A program made the translations under genes and the position numbers. The notes beneath the pieces are model-generated. The model worked only from the letters and a program-made list of their open reading frames with translations. It did no database searches and was not told where the DNA came from. Source: Pseudonocardiaceae bacterium (lineage in GTDB: Bacteria; Actinomycetota; Actinomycetes; Mycobacteriales; Pseudonocardiaceae). From it: DNA of 54,937 nucleotides. Below, piece by piece: positions 9,361-18,141 of this stretch. How positions within the stretch are numbered: position 1 is the first letter of the stretch; each line of letters opens with the position of its first letter. The stretch is taken from contig DATHTJ010000046.1 in the NCBI GenBank assembly GCA_035463315.1, positions 1 to 54,937 of the forward strand, given 5' to 3'.

Positions 9361-11010
9361 TTGAGCCCATCGCCTGAGGCCGGACCACTCATCGTCCAGT
9401 CCGACAAGACGCTACTGCTGGAGGTCGATCATCCGGCGGCCGGGGAGGCGCGTGCCACGATCGCGCCCTTCGCCGAGCTCGAGCGTGCACCCGAACATGT
9501 GCACACCTACCGGGTCACCCCACTGGCGCTGTGGAACGCGCGAGCCGCGGGGCACGACGCCGAGCAGGTCGTTGACGCGCTGGTGCGCTTCTCTCGATAC
9601 GCGGTGCCGCAGCCGTTGCTGGTCGACGTCGTGGAGACGATGGGCCGCTACGGCCGACTGCAGCTGGTGCATCATCCGGCGCACGGCTTGGTGCTGGTAT
9701 CGCTGGACCGCGCTGTGCTCATGGAGGTGCTCCGGCATCGCAAGATCGCCCCGATGCTGGGCGCGCGGGTCGACGACGACACCGTGCTAGTGCATCCCTC
9801 CGAGCGCGGCCGGCTCAAGCAGGCGTTGCTCAAGGTCGGTTGGCCGGCGGAGGATCTGGCCGGCTACGTCGATGGCGAGGCGCACCCGATCGAGCTGGCC
9901 GAGAACGGCTGGTCGCTGCGCGACTACCAGCGCGACGCGGTGACCGGCTTCTGGGCCGGCGGTTCCGGGGTCGTGGTGCTGCCCTGCGGGGCGGGCAAGA
10001 CGCTGGTCGGGATTGCCGCGATGGCCCAAGCGCAAGCGACCACACTGATCCTGGTCACCAACACCGTCGCCGGCCGGCAGTGGAAGCGCGAGCTGATCTC
10101 GCGCACCAAGCTGACCGACGACGAGGTCGGCGAGTACTCCGGTGAGCGCAAGGAGATCCGCCCGGTGACAATCGCGACCTACCAGATCATGACGCGCAAA
10201 TCCAAGGGCGAGTACCGCCACCTCGATCTGTTCGACTCCCGGGACTGGGGGTTGATCATCTACGACGAGGTGCACCTGCTGCCGGCACCGGTCTTCCGGA
10301 TGACCGCCGACTTGCAGTCCCGCCGGCGGCTCGGTCTGACCGCCACCCTGGTGCGCGAGGACGGCCGGGAAGGTGACGTGTTCTCCCTGATCGGCCCCAA
10401 GCGCTACGACGCGCCGTGGCGCGACATCGAGTCGCAGGGCTGGATCGCGCCGGCGGACTGCGTCGAGGTACGGGTCACCCTGACCGACGCCGAGCGTCTG
10501 GGCTACGCCACCGCAGAAAACGACGAGCGCTACCGGGTGTGCTCCACCGCGCGCAGCAAGCTGTCCGTCGTCCGCGCCATCATGGACCGCCACCCTGACG
10601 AGCCGACCCTGGTGATCGGCGCGTACCTGGATCAGTTGGAGGAGCTCGGCGAGGTGCTGGACGCGCCGGTAGTGCAGGGCTCGACCCGCAACTCCGAGCG
10701 GGAGGCTCTCTACGACGCGTTCCGGCGCGGCGAGGTGCGCAGGCTGGTGGTGTCCAAAGTGGCCAACTTCTCCATTGACCTGCCGGAGGCATCGGTGGCG
10801 GTGCAGGTCTCCGGCACGTTTGGCTCCCGGCAGGAGGAGGCCCAGCGCCTGGGTCGATTGCTGCGACCCAAGGGCGACGGGCGGCAGGCGCACTTCTACT
10901 CAGTGGTCTCCCGAGACACCCTGGACACTGACTACGCCGCGCACCGCCAGCGCTTCCTCGCCGAGCAAGGCTACGCCTACCAGATCATCGACGCCGACGA
11001 CCTGCGCTGA
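9361..11010 (+). CDS. xpb: XPB/Ercc3-type superfamily-2 DNA helicase
   Basis: N-terminus GPLIVQSDKTLLLEVDH, Walker A VLPCGAGKT and DEVH box IIYDEVHLLP. The TTG at 9361 has GGAGG 6 nt upstream. The longest ORF starts at GTG 9346. Confidence 0.9.
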   Translation: MSPSPEAGPLIVQSDKTLLLEVDHPAAGEARATIAPFAELERAPEHVHTYRVTPLALWNARAAGHDAEQVVDALVRFSRYAVPQPLLVDVVETMGRYGRLQLVHHPAHGLVLVSLDRAVLMEVLRHRKIAPMLGARVDDDTVLVHPSERGRLKQALLKVGWPAEDLAGYVDGEAHPIELAENGWSLRDYQRDAVTGFWAGGSGVVVLPCGAGKTLVGIAAMAQAQATTLILVTNTVAGRQWKRELISRTKLTDDEVGEYSGERKEIRPVTIATYQIMTRKSKGEYRHLDLFDSRDWGLIIYDEVHLLPAPVFRMTADLQSRRRLGLTATLVREDGREGDVFSLIGPKRYDAPWRDIESQGWIAPADCVEVRVTLTDAERLGYATAENDERYRVCSTARSKLSVVRAIMDRHPDEPTLVIGAYLDQLEELGEVLDAPVVQGSTRNSEREALYDAFRRGEVRRLVVSKVANFSIDLPEASVAVQVSGTFGSRQEEAQRLGRLLRPKGDGRQAHFYSVVSRDTLDTDYAAHRQRFLAEQGYAYQIIDADDLR

Positions 11011-11015
11011 CTCCA

Positions 11016-11047
11016 TTTCCCGCAGTCTGGATCCAGACTGCGGGAAA
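11016..11047. terminator. Perfect 32-nt palindrome between convergent xpb and coxG; putative bidirectional terminator hairpin
   Basis: tttcccgcagtctggatccagactgcgggaaa gives a 14-bp stem around a GATC loop, 6 nt after the xpb stop. There is no clean U-tract on either strand. Confidence 0.6.
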
Positions 11048-11062
11048 AGCTCGCGGCTGGTG

Positions 11063-11692
11063 TCAGCGCCGGCGTAGGCGGCGGATGAGGAGGGCTAGCA
11101 GGAGTAGTGCGGTGAGGGCTGGTATGAGGCGTTTGGCGACGGCGCTGCCGGCCGCGTCGAGCAAGTCGATCTCCTCGGTCACCGGCGGTGCCACCGGCAA
11201 CACCGGGCCCGGCTGCGGCGGCGCGGAAGCGGCTGGTGCGGGCCCTTCCTGCGGTGCCAGGCTGGTGGCCAGGCAGTCCGCAAACTGACTGATAATCTTC
11301 CCGCCGACGTCCTCGATCATGCCGCGACCAAACTGAGCTGGCTTGCCCGTGATGGTCAGGTCAGTCGCCAGCGTGACCGCGGTACCCGCTCCGTTCCCGG
11401 CGAGGGTGGCGGTCACCGTGGCCGCTGCGGTGCTCTGCCCCCCGGACGCCGTGCCGGTCGCCTCGATCACGGTGCGGTGCGCCGCCTCGTCGGTCTCGGT
11501 GAAGCGGCCCGATCCCCGGTACTGCAAGGAGATCGGGCCCAGCCGGACCTTCACCAACCCGGCGAACTCATCGCCGTCAGCCGACGTGATGGTGGCTCCC
11601 GGGAAGCACGGGGCGACCCGTTCGGGATCCAGCAGAGCCTGCCACACAGTGTCTACCGGTGCCGGGACGGTGAACTTGTTCTCCAGCTTCAT
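11063..11692 (-). CDS. coxG: CoxG-family SRPBCC protein with a Pro-rich linker and a C-terminal hydrophobic tail anchor
   Basis: MKLENKFTVPAPVDTVWQALLDPERVAPCFPGA...VRLGPISLQYRGSG matches the CoxG pattern. The C-terminus LIPALTALLLLALLIRRLRRR looks like a TM tail. Confidence 0.85.
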   Translation of the reverse strand: MKLENKFTVPAPVDTVWQALLDPERVAPCFPGATITSADGDEFAGLVKVRLGPISLQYRGSGRFTETDEAAHRTVIEATGTASGGQSTAAATVTATLAGNGAGTAVTLATDLTITGKPAQFGRGMIEDVGGKIISQFADCLATSLAPQEGPAPAASAPPQPGPVLPVAPPVTEEIDLLDAAGSAVAKRLIPALTALLLLALLIRRLRRR

Positions 11693-11697
11693 AGCAG

Positions 11698-12558
11698 TCA
11701 GCCTCCCACCCCGGCGGCCGCCGCGACCGCCCGCCCGGTGAGCACCCGGGCCAGGTGCTCGCGGTAGTCCGCGTCGGCATTGCCGTCCGACATCGGGCTG
11801 GTGCCCTCCGCCGCGTGCTCCGCCGCCGCGCGGATCGTCTCGGCGTTGGCCGGCTGACCGACCAGCGCCTGCTCGACGCCAGTCGCCCGGACCGGGGTGG
11901 CGCCCATGTTGGTCAGTGCCACCCGAGCCTGCGCGATCGACCCGCCCTCGGTCCGCACCGCCGCAGCGACCGCGACGATCGACCAGGCCTGCGCGATCCG
12001 GTTGAACTTCTCGTAGTGCGCGCCCCAGCCGGTTTTCTTCGGAATCCGTAGCTCGACAAGCACCTCGTCGGGCCCCACCGCGGTGGTGAACAGGTCAACG
12101 AAGAAATCCACGGCCGGCACGGTGCGCCGCCCACCGGGCCCGACGATGACCATGTCGCAGTCCAGCGCCACCGCCGGGGCCAGCAGGTCACCGGCGGGGT
12201 CGGCGTGCACCAGGGCGCCGCCGACGGTGCCGCGGTGCCGGATCTGCGGATCACCCACCGTCTTCGTGGCCGCGGCCAGCAGCGCAGCGTGCTCCCCTAC
12301 CAGCGGGTCGTTGATCACGTCGTGGTGAGTGGTCATCGCCCCGACGACGAGGGCGTCGCCGTCATCGCGCACGCCGCGCAACTCGTTGATCTTGTTCAGG
12401 TCCACGATCGTCGTGGGCGCCGCCAGCCGCAGCCGGAGCACCGGCACCAGGCTCTGGCCACCCGCGAGAACCTTGACGTCCTCGCCGCCCTGGGACAGGG
12501 CCTGCACCGCTTCCTCCACGGTGGTGGCAGCGACGTAGTCGAACACTGACGGTATCAC
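11698..12558 (-). CDS. coxM: FAD-binding medium subunit of a xanthine-dehydrogenase/CO-dehydrogenase-family molybdoenzyme (CoxM/CutM-like)
   Basis: VIPSVFDYVAATTVEEAVQAL...VKVLAGGQSLVPVLRLRLA. The start was trimmed to GTG 12558, which overlaps the coxL stop (GTGA). The ORF track extends to 12621. Confidence 0.9.
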   Translation of the reverse strand: MIPSVFDYVAATTVEEAVQALSQGGEDVKVLAGGQSLVPVLRLRLAAPTTIVDLNKINELRGVRDDGDALVVGAMTTHHDVINDPLVGEHAALLAAATKTVGDPQIRHRGTVGGALVHADPAGDLLAPAVALDCDMVIVGPGGRRTVPAVDFFVDLFTTAVGPDEVLVELRIPKKTGWGAHYEKFNRIAQAWSIVAVAAAVRTEGGSIAQARVALTNMGATPVRATGVEQALVGQPANAETIRAAAEHAAEGTSPMSDGNADADYREHLARVLTGRAVAAAAGVGG

Positions 12559-14945
12559 CGGGCACCTCCGCTGTTGTCGCGGGCCGACTGCACCGCTCGC
12601 CACACCCGCTGCGGCGAGCACGGCATCTCGATGTCGGTGACACCGAGATGCCGCACCGCGTCGATGATCGCGTTGACCACGGCTGGGGTGGAGGCGATGG
12701 TGCCGGCCTCGCCGACCCCCTTGACGCCCAGCGGGTTGGTGGTGGACGGGGTCTCAGTCCGGTCGGTGGTGAAATGCGGCAGGTCCGCCGCGCCGGGCAT
12801 CAGGTAGTCGGCCAGCGTGCCCGTGATGAGCGTGCCGGACTCGTCGTAGACAGCCTCCTCGAACAGCGCCTGCGCGATGCCCTGAGCGAGACCACCGTGC
12901 ACCTGCCCGTCCACGATGAGCGGGTTCACCACGTGCCCGACGTCGTCCACGCACACGTAGCTGCGGATCGACACCCAGCCGGTCTCGGTATCCACCTCGG
13001 TGGCACACAGGTGGGTGCCGTGCGGGAAGGAGAAGTTCTGCGGGTCGTAGGTGGCGTCGGAGTCCAGGCTGGGCTCCACGCCTTCGGGCAGGTCGTGCGC
13101 CGCGAACACCGCGAGGGCGATATCGGCCACGGTCATGCCCTTGTCGATGCCTTTGATGGTGAACGTGCCGCGCTCGTAGTCGAGATCGGCCTCGGCGCAC
13201 TCGAGCAGGTGCGCCGCGATCTTGCGAGCCTTCTCGATCACTTTCTCGGCAGCCTTGACCACCGCGATGCCGCCGACAGTCAGTGACCGCGAACCGTAAG
13301 TGTCCATCCCCTTGTGCGAGGACTGGGTGTCACCGTGCAGCACCTCGACGTCCTCAAAGGCGACCCCGAGCTGGTCGGCGACGATCTGGCTCCACGCGGT
13401 GTCGTGCCCCTGCCCGTGCGCCGAGGAGCCGGTCACGACCTCGACCTTGCCGGTGGGCAGCATCCGGATCGAGGCGTGCTCCCAGCCGCCCGCGCCGTAG
13501 GACAACGCTCCCAGCACCCTGGACGGCGCCAGGCCACACATCTCGGTGTACGTGGAGATACCGATACCCAGCTGCACCGGATCGTCCGCCTCCCGGCGGC
13601 GGCGCTGCTCGGCACGCAGACCGTCGTAGTCGAACAGCTCCTTGGCCCGGGCGGTGGCGGCCTCGTAGTTGCCCGAGTCGTAGGTCAGCGTGGAGACCGT
13701 GGTGTACGGGAACTCGTTGTGTTTGATCCAGTTGCGCTCCCGCAGCTCGAGCGGCTCAATGCCGAGCTCGGCGGCAAGCTCATCCATGATCCGCTCGATG
13801 GCGAACGTGGCCTCCGGGCGTCCGGCACCGCGGTAGGCGTCGGTGGGGGTCTTGGTAGTGAACACGTTCGTGCAGGCGAAGTGGTAGGCAGGGATCTTGT
13901 AGATGGAGTTGTACATGAAGGCGCCGAGTAGCGGGATGCCCGGGCTGACCAGGCGCAGGTAGGCACCCATGTCGGCGAGCAGCTCGACCTTCAGGCCGGT
14001 GACGGTGCCGTCGCGGCGGGCGGCAATCGTGATGTCCTGGATCTGGTCGCGGCCGTGATGTGCCGAGACCATCGACTCGGATCGCGACTCGGTCCACTTC
14101 ACCGGCTTGCCCAGCCTGCGGGCAACCAGGAACGTGATGATCTCCTCGGGGGTCACCTGCAGCTTGCCACCGAACCCACCGCCGACATCGGGCGCGATGA
14201 CCCGAACCTTGTGCTCCGGAACGCCGAGAGTCAGGGCGATCATCACCCGCAAGACGTGCGGAATCTGGGTCGCCGACCACATCGTGACCTGCTCACCGGT
14301 CGGGTCCACCACCACGCTGCGTGGCTCCATGAACGCCGGGATCAGCCGCTGCTGGCGAAACCGGCGCCGGACCACGACATCAGCGTTGCGGATGGCATCC
14401 TCGACGTTGCCGCCGCTGCCGGCCGCACCCGAGTCGAACACCCACAGTGCGTTGCAGTTGGTGCCCAGCTCGGGGTGCACCAGGGTGGCGCCGTCGGCGA
14501 GCGCGGCCTCCAGGTCGAGCACCGGCTGGTGCGCGTCGTAGTCGACCTCGACCGCATCGGCGGCCTCCCTGGCTGACGCGGCATCGCGGGCCACCACGAT
14601 CGCGACCCCCTCGCCGGCGAAGTGCACGGTGTCCGACGCCAGTGGAGGGGCCTGCGGGGACTTCATGTCCGGGGTGATCGGCCACGCGCACGGCAGGCTG
14701 ATTCCCTCGGCGCCCAGGTCAGTGGCGGTGAACACGCCGTGCACACCAGGTAGCCGCTTGGCTGCGTCGGTGTTGATCCTGGTGATCTTGGCGTGGGCCA
14801 GCGGGCTGCGTACCACGGCGAGGTGCAACATCCCGGGCAGCGTGATGTTGTCCGTCCAGCGGGTCCGCCCGGTGATCAGCCGGGCGTCCTCCTTGCGCTT
14901 GCGGGCCCGGCCGACCTCGGCGGTCGTCGACTGCGCAGCGGTCAT
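12555..14945 (-). CDS. coxL: Molybdopterin-binding large subunit, CoxL-like, form II signature
   Basis: 796 aa. The active-site loop reads AYRGAGR (PTDAYRGAGRPEATFAIE), the form-II motif, rather than the form-I AYxCSFR. An ATGA overlap joins it to coxS. Confidence 0.93.
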   Translation of the reverse strand: MTAAQSTTAEVGRARKRKEDARLITGRTRWTDNITLPGMLHLAVVRSPLAHAKITRINTDAAKRLPGVHGVFTATDLGAEGISLPCAWPITPDMKSPQAPPLASDTVHFAGEGVAIVVARDAASAREAADAVEVDYDAHQPVLDLEAALADGATLVHPELGTNCNALWVFDSGAAGSGGNVEDAIRNADVVVRRRFRQQRLIPAFMEPRSVVVDPTGEQVTMWSATQIPHVLRVMIALTLGVPEHKVRVIAPDVGGGFGGKLQVTPEEIITFLVARRLGKPVKWTESRSESMVSAHHGRDQIQDITIAARRDGTVTGLKVELLADMGAYLRLVSPGIPLLGAFMYNSIYKIPAYHFACTNVFTTKTPTDAYRGAGRPEATFAIERIMDELAAELGIEPLELRERNWIKHNEFPYTTVSTLTYDSGNYEAATARAKELFDYDGLRAEQRRRREADDPVQLGIGISTYTEMCGLAPSRVLGALSYGAGGWEHASIRMLPTGKVEVVTGSSAHGQGHDTAWSQIVADQLGVAFEDVEVLHGDTQSSHKGMDTYGSRSLTVGGIAVVKAAEKVIEKARKIAAHLLECAEADLDYERGTFTIKGIDKGMTVADIALAVFAAHDLPEGVEPSLDSDATYDPQNFSFPHGTHLCATEVDTETGWVSIRSYVCVDDVGHVVNPLIVDGQVHGGLAQGIAQALFEEAVYDESGTLITGTLADYLMPGAADLPHFTTDRTETPSTTNPLGVKGVGEAGTIASTPAVVNAIIDAVRHLGVTDIEMPCSPQRVWRAVQSARDNSGGAR

Positions 14946-15430
14946 CAGTTACCCCCCGTGACAGCAGGCTGCATCTTCTGAGCGGCGTCGAGCACGGCGC
15001 GCACGATGTACTGGTAGCCCGTGCAGCGGCAGAGGTTGCCCTCCAGGCCCGCTCGCACGGTCTGCTCGTCTGGATTTGGATCGTCGCCAAGCAGGTCGAT
15101 CGCCTGCATGATCATCCCAGGGGTGCAGAAGCCGCACTGCAGGGCGTGGTTGTCGTGAAAGGCCTGCTGCATCGGATGCAGCTGCCCATCGCGGGCCAGG
15201 CCCTCAATTGTGGTGATCTCACTGCCGTCGACCTGGACGGCGAAGACCGAGCAGGACTTCACGCTCCGGCCGTCGAGGTGCACGGTGCATGCGCCACAGT
15301 TGCTGGTGTCGCAACCGACCACGGTTCCGGTCTTTCCCAGCCTCTCCCGTAGGTAGTGCACCAGGAGTGTTCGCGGTTCGACGTCGTCGACGTAGGAGAC
15401 CTCGTCGACCATGACAGTGATGCGTGCCAC
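14945..15430 (-). CDS. coxS: [2Fe-2S]-binding small subunit (CoxS/CutS-like)
   Basis: [34 protein letters not shown]...[10 protein letters not shown]...LCRCTGY. The start was trimmed to GTG 15430, which has GAGGAG 7 nt upstream. The ORF track extends to 15577. Confidence 0.9.
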   Translation of the reverse strand: MARITVMVDEVSYVDDVEPRTLLVHYLRERLGKTGTVVGCDTSNCGACTVHLDGRSVKSCSVFAVQVDGSEITTIEGLARDGQLHPMQQAFHDNHALQCGFCTPGMIMQAIDLLGDDPNPDEQTVRAGLEGNLCRCTGYQYIVRAVLDAAQKMQPAVTGGN

Positions 15431-15622
15431 GGGCCAACTCCTCGCCCCGGCCGGGCACCGACCGGATGTGGTATGTGACCCTCGGTGACCGGAAATCACC
15501 GAGGAGCCGCCACGGCGAGGTGGCGGTCGGCCCCATCCCACCGCGCATTCCATACCGAAGCAACGGAGTCCGCTCAAGAAGAAATCTGCAGCTCAATGCT
15601 CCGGGAGGTGGTCCTCCATAAA

Positions 15623-15669
15623 CTCCGCAACTGCGGACTCAAAACGATAAAATCTCCGCAAACGCGGGA
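15623..15669 (-). promoter_or_regulatory. Two copies of a palindromic 15-16-nt motif, about 200 nt upstream of coxS; candidate operator pair
   Basis: Plus strand: ctccgcaactgcgga (15623-15637, core TCCGCA-AC-TGCGGA) and ctccgcaaacgcggg (15655-15669), offset by 32 nt, in a locally AT-richer stretch. Confidence 0.3.
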
Positions 15670-15746
15670 CCTCAGGCTGGGAGGTCGGCCGGTTCCACCC
15701 GAAAGGGGGAGGGCCAGCATCTTACTGCCCAGCCGGACGGGGGTGC

Positions 15747-16610
15747 CTACCGCAGCCGGGGTGGCGTCTGCTTCTTAAAACCGAAGGGCTCGAGGTGGTG
15801 GTCCAAAATGCCGTCGAAGGCCACCGCGATGTCCTCGGTCGTCCAGCTGTCCCGACGCAGTACCGGGTCCTTAAACTCCGGCTGGCGCACGATGTGCAAC
15901 TGGTCCCCGGTGAACCGGATGAGCTGCCCGGTGATGCCGTCGGCGCGGTCGGAGAGCAGGTAGGTGATCAGCGGGGCCACCCGGTCCGGGGTGCGCTGCC
16001 GCGTGACGTACAACTGAATTGCGGGGGAGTCACGCTCCACCATCCGCGTCCAGGCCAGTGGGCAGACGCCGTTGACCCGTATCCCCGCCTCTGCCAGATC
16101 CTGAGCCCACGAATAGGTGAGGGACGCGACCGCACCTTTGGAGGCCGAGTAGGTACCTGCACCGCGCGATCCGAGCGATGAGCCCGACGAGATGTTGACG
16201 ATCGACCCGGCGCGTTGCTCGCGCATCACCCGCGCGGCAACGATGCCGCAGTAGAGCACGCCCAGGACATTGACCTCGATGAGTTCCCGGACGGCCTGGA
16301 CGTCCTCGTCCCAGGGCAGTGCCTGGTAGTTGAGTGCGGCGTTGTTCACCAGACCGTCGACCCTGCCGAACTCCGCCAGGCACCTCTCGACGACCCCGCT
16401 CGCCTGGTCCGGATCGCGGACCGACGCGGCACTGGCCACCGCCCGGCCACCCTGTTCGGCGACCCGTGCGGCGACCGACTCGGCCAGCTCGCCGTCGATA
16501 TCATTGACCACGACGCCGGCTCCGGCCTGGGCGGCATGCAGCGCATAGGCCTCTCCCAGTCCGCGGCCAGCGCCGGTGATCACCACTGCCTTTCCGTCGA
16601 GGAAGCCCAT
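15747..16610 (-). CDS. Short-chain dehydrogenase/reductase (SDR) family oxidoreductase
   Basis: VITGAGRGLGEAYA (TGxxxGxG), NNAA and the YSASK catalytic motif. The start was trimmed to ATG 16610. The ORF track extends to 16715. Confidence 0.85.
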   Translation of the reverse strand: MGFLDGKAVVITGAGRGLGEAYALHAAQAGAGVVVNDIDGELAESVAARVAEQGGRAVASAASVRDPDQASGVVERCLAEFGRVDGLVNNAALNYQALPWDEDVQAVRELIEVNVLGVLYCGIVAARVMREQRAGSIVNISSGSSLGSRGAGTYSASKGAVASLTYSWAQDLAEAGIRVNGVCPLAWTRMVERDSPAIQLYVTRQRTPDRVAPLITYLLSDRADGITGQLIRFTGDQLHIVRQPEFKDPVLRRDSWTTEDIAVAFDGILDHHLEPFGFKKQTPPRLR

Positions 16611-16760
16611 AGCTGCCGCCCTTCGCTGACCGGGGCTAGGTGGCCCGGCGATATCACCAGTTTGCGGCGGAAGGTCAGCAGGAAGGAGGTCAGGCACAAC
16701 GAAGGGTTGCGGCATATCGCCGAACGGGTGCAGCCGTTCAGCGCAACGGGTACCGCTGCG

Positions 16761-17579
16761 CTAGTCGACCGTGAGCACCAGCGGGCCGTCATCGGTCACG
16801 GCGACGGAGTGCTCCCAGTGCGCGGCGCGGGACCCGTCCAGGGTCACCACGGTCCAGCCGTCGTCGAGTTCCTCGGTCTTGTCGCCACCCGCGGTGAGCA
16901 TCGGCTCGATCGCCAGCGTCATCCCGGGCACCAAGCGGGGACCGCGGCCCGGGCGGCCCACATTGGGCAGGAATGGGTCCATGTGCATGGCCGTACCGAT
17001 GCCGTGGCCACCATAGTCAGCCACGATCCCGTAGGACACGCCGTGCGCGGTGGCGGCGGCCAGCGCCGCGGACTCCACCGCATGCGAGATGTCGGTGAGC
17101 CTGCCACCGGGTCGCGCCGCCGCGATTCCGGCCTCCAGCGCCGCCCGGCAGGCCGCGGACAGCCGAGCGTCGGCTTCCGCGACAGTCCCGATGTGCACCG
17201 TCACCGCGGCGTCACCGTGCCAACCGTCGAGGATCGCCCCGCAATCAATGGACAGCAGGTCGCCGTCGGCGAGCACCTGCTCACGGCTGGGAATCCCGTG
17301 CACCACCTCGTGGTTCACCGAGCTGCAGATCGACCCCGGGAATCCGTGGTAACCCTTGAAGGACGGCACCGCCCCGGCGTCCCGAATCGACTGCTCAGCG
17401 AGCTCGTCCAGTTCACCGGTGCTCACCCCGGCGCTGGCGTGACCCCCCAGCAGCCGCAGCGTCCGGGCCACCACCGCGCCGGCGGCACGCATCGCCTCGA
17501 CCTCACCGGGAGACTTGAGCTCGATGCTGGTCCTGCCCCGCAAGCGTCGCACCACAGCACGCACCCCGCCCCCGGTCAT
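16761..17579 (-). CDS. map: Type I methionine aminopeptidase
   Basis: [16 protein letters not shown]...[25 protein letters not shown]...DGWHGDAA...GHGIGTAMH...EPM, and its position after adk. Confidence 0.95.
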   Translation of the reverse strand: MTGGGVRAVVRRLRGRTSIELKSPGEVEAMRAAGAVVARTLRLLGGHASAGVSTGELDELAEQSIRDAGAVPSFKGYHGFPGSICSSVNHEVVHGIPSREQVLADGDLLSIDCGAILDGWHGDAAVTVHIGTVAEADARLSAACRAALEAGIAAARPGGRLTDISHAVESAALAAATAHGVSYGIVADYGGHGIGTAMHMDPFLPNVGRPGRGPRLVPGMTLAIEPMLTAGGDKTEELDDGWTVVTLDGSRAAHWEHSVAVTDDGPLVLTVD

Positions 17580-17589
17580 CGCGCGCTCG

Positions 17590-18141
17590 TCATGCCCGAG
17601 TTCGCAACGCGTCCAGTGCCCGGCCAGTCACATCAGGCACCGAACCGGATGCCGGCACCGTGACCAACCGGTCGGAGTAGAAGTCAAGCATTGGCGCGGT
17701 CTCCTCGCGATACAGCTGCTGGCGGCACCGGATCAGGTCCTCAGTGTCGTCGTGGCGCCCGCGCGCCAGCAGGCGCTCGACCACCAGATCCTCGGGCGCA
17801 TCGAGCTCCAGCACCACGTCGATCTCGCAGTCAAGATCGCGCAGCAACCCCGTGAGCACCCGAGCCTGGCTGACCGTGCGGGGGAACCCGTCGAGCAGGA
17901 AGCCGGCCCGACAATCGTCCTCAGTAAGCCGTTGCGCGACCATCTCATTGGTGAGCTCGTCGGGTACCAGCGCGCCAGACTCCAGGTACTTCTTGACCTG
18001 CCGGCCCAACTCGGTCTCGTCTTCGACGTGGGCCCGGAACAGGTCACCAGTCGAGATGTGCGGTACGCCGAGTTCCGCACCCAGCACGGCAGCCTGGGTG
18101 CCCTTGCCCGCGCCCGGCGGACCAACGATGAGGATTCGCAC
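17590..18141 (-). CDS. adk: Adenylate kinase
   Basis: [17 protein letters not shown]...HISTGDLFR...[10 protein letters not shown]. The GTG start overlaps the secY stop. Confidence 0.97.
   Translation of the reverse strand: MRILIVGPPGAGKGTQAAVLGAELGVPHISTGDLFRAHVEDETELGRQVKKYLESGALVPDELTNEMVAQRLTEDDCRAGFLLDGFPRTVSQARVLTGLLRDLDCEIDVVLELDAPEDLVVERLLARGRHDDTEDLIRCRQQLYREETAPMLDFYSDRLVTVPASGSVPDVTGRALDALRTRA

Noticed and set aside
15431-15560. The idea that the structured coxS leader is a molybdenum-cofactor (Moco) riboswitch.
   Set aside because: The idea is attractive because the operon encodes a Moco enzyme, but I cannot recognise the conserved Moco-motif features by eye. Without a covariance-model scan the claim is unsupported.
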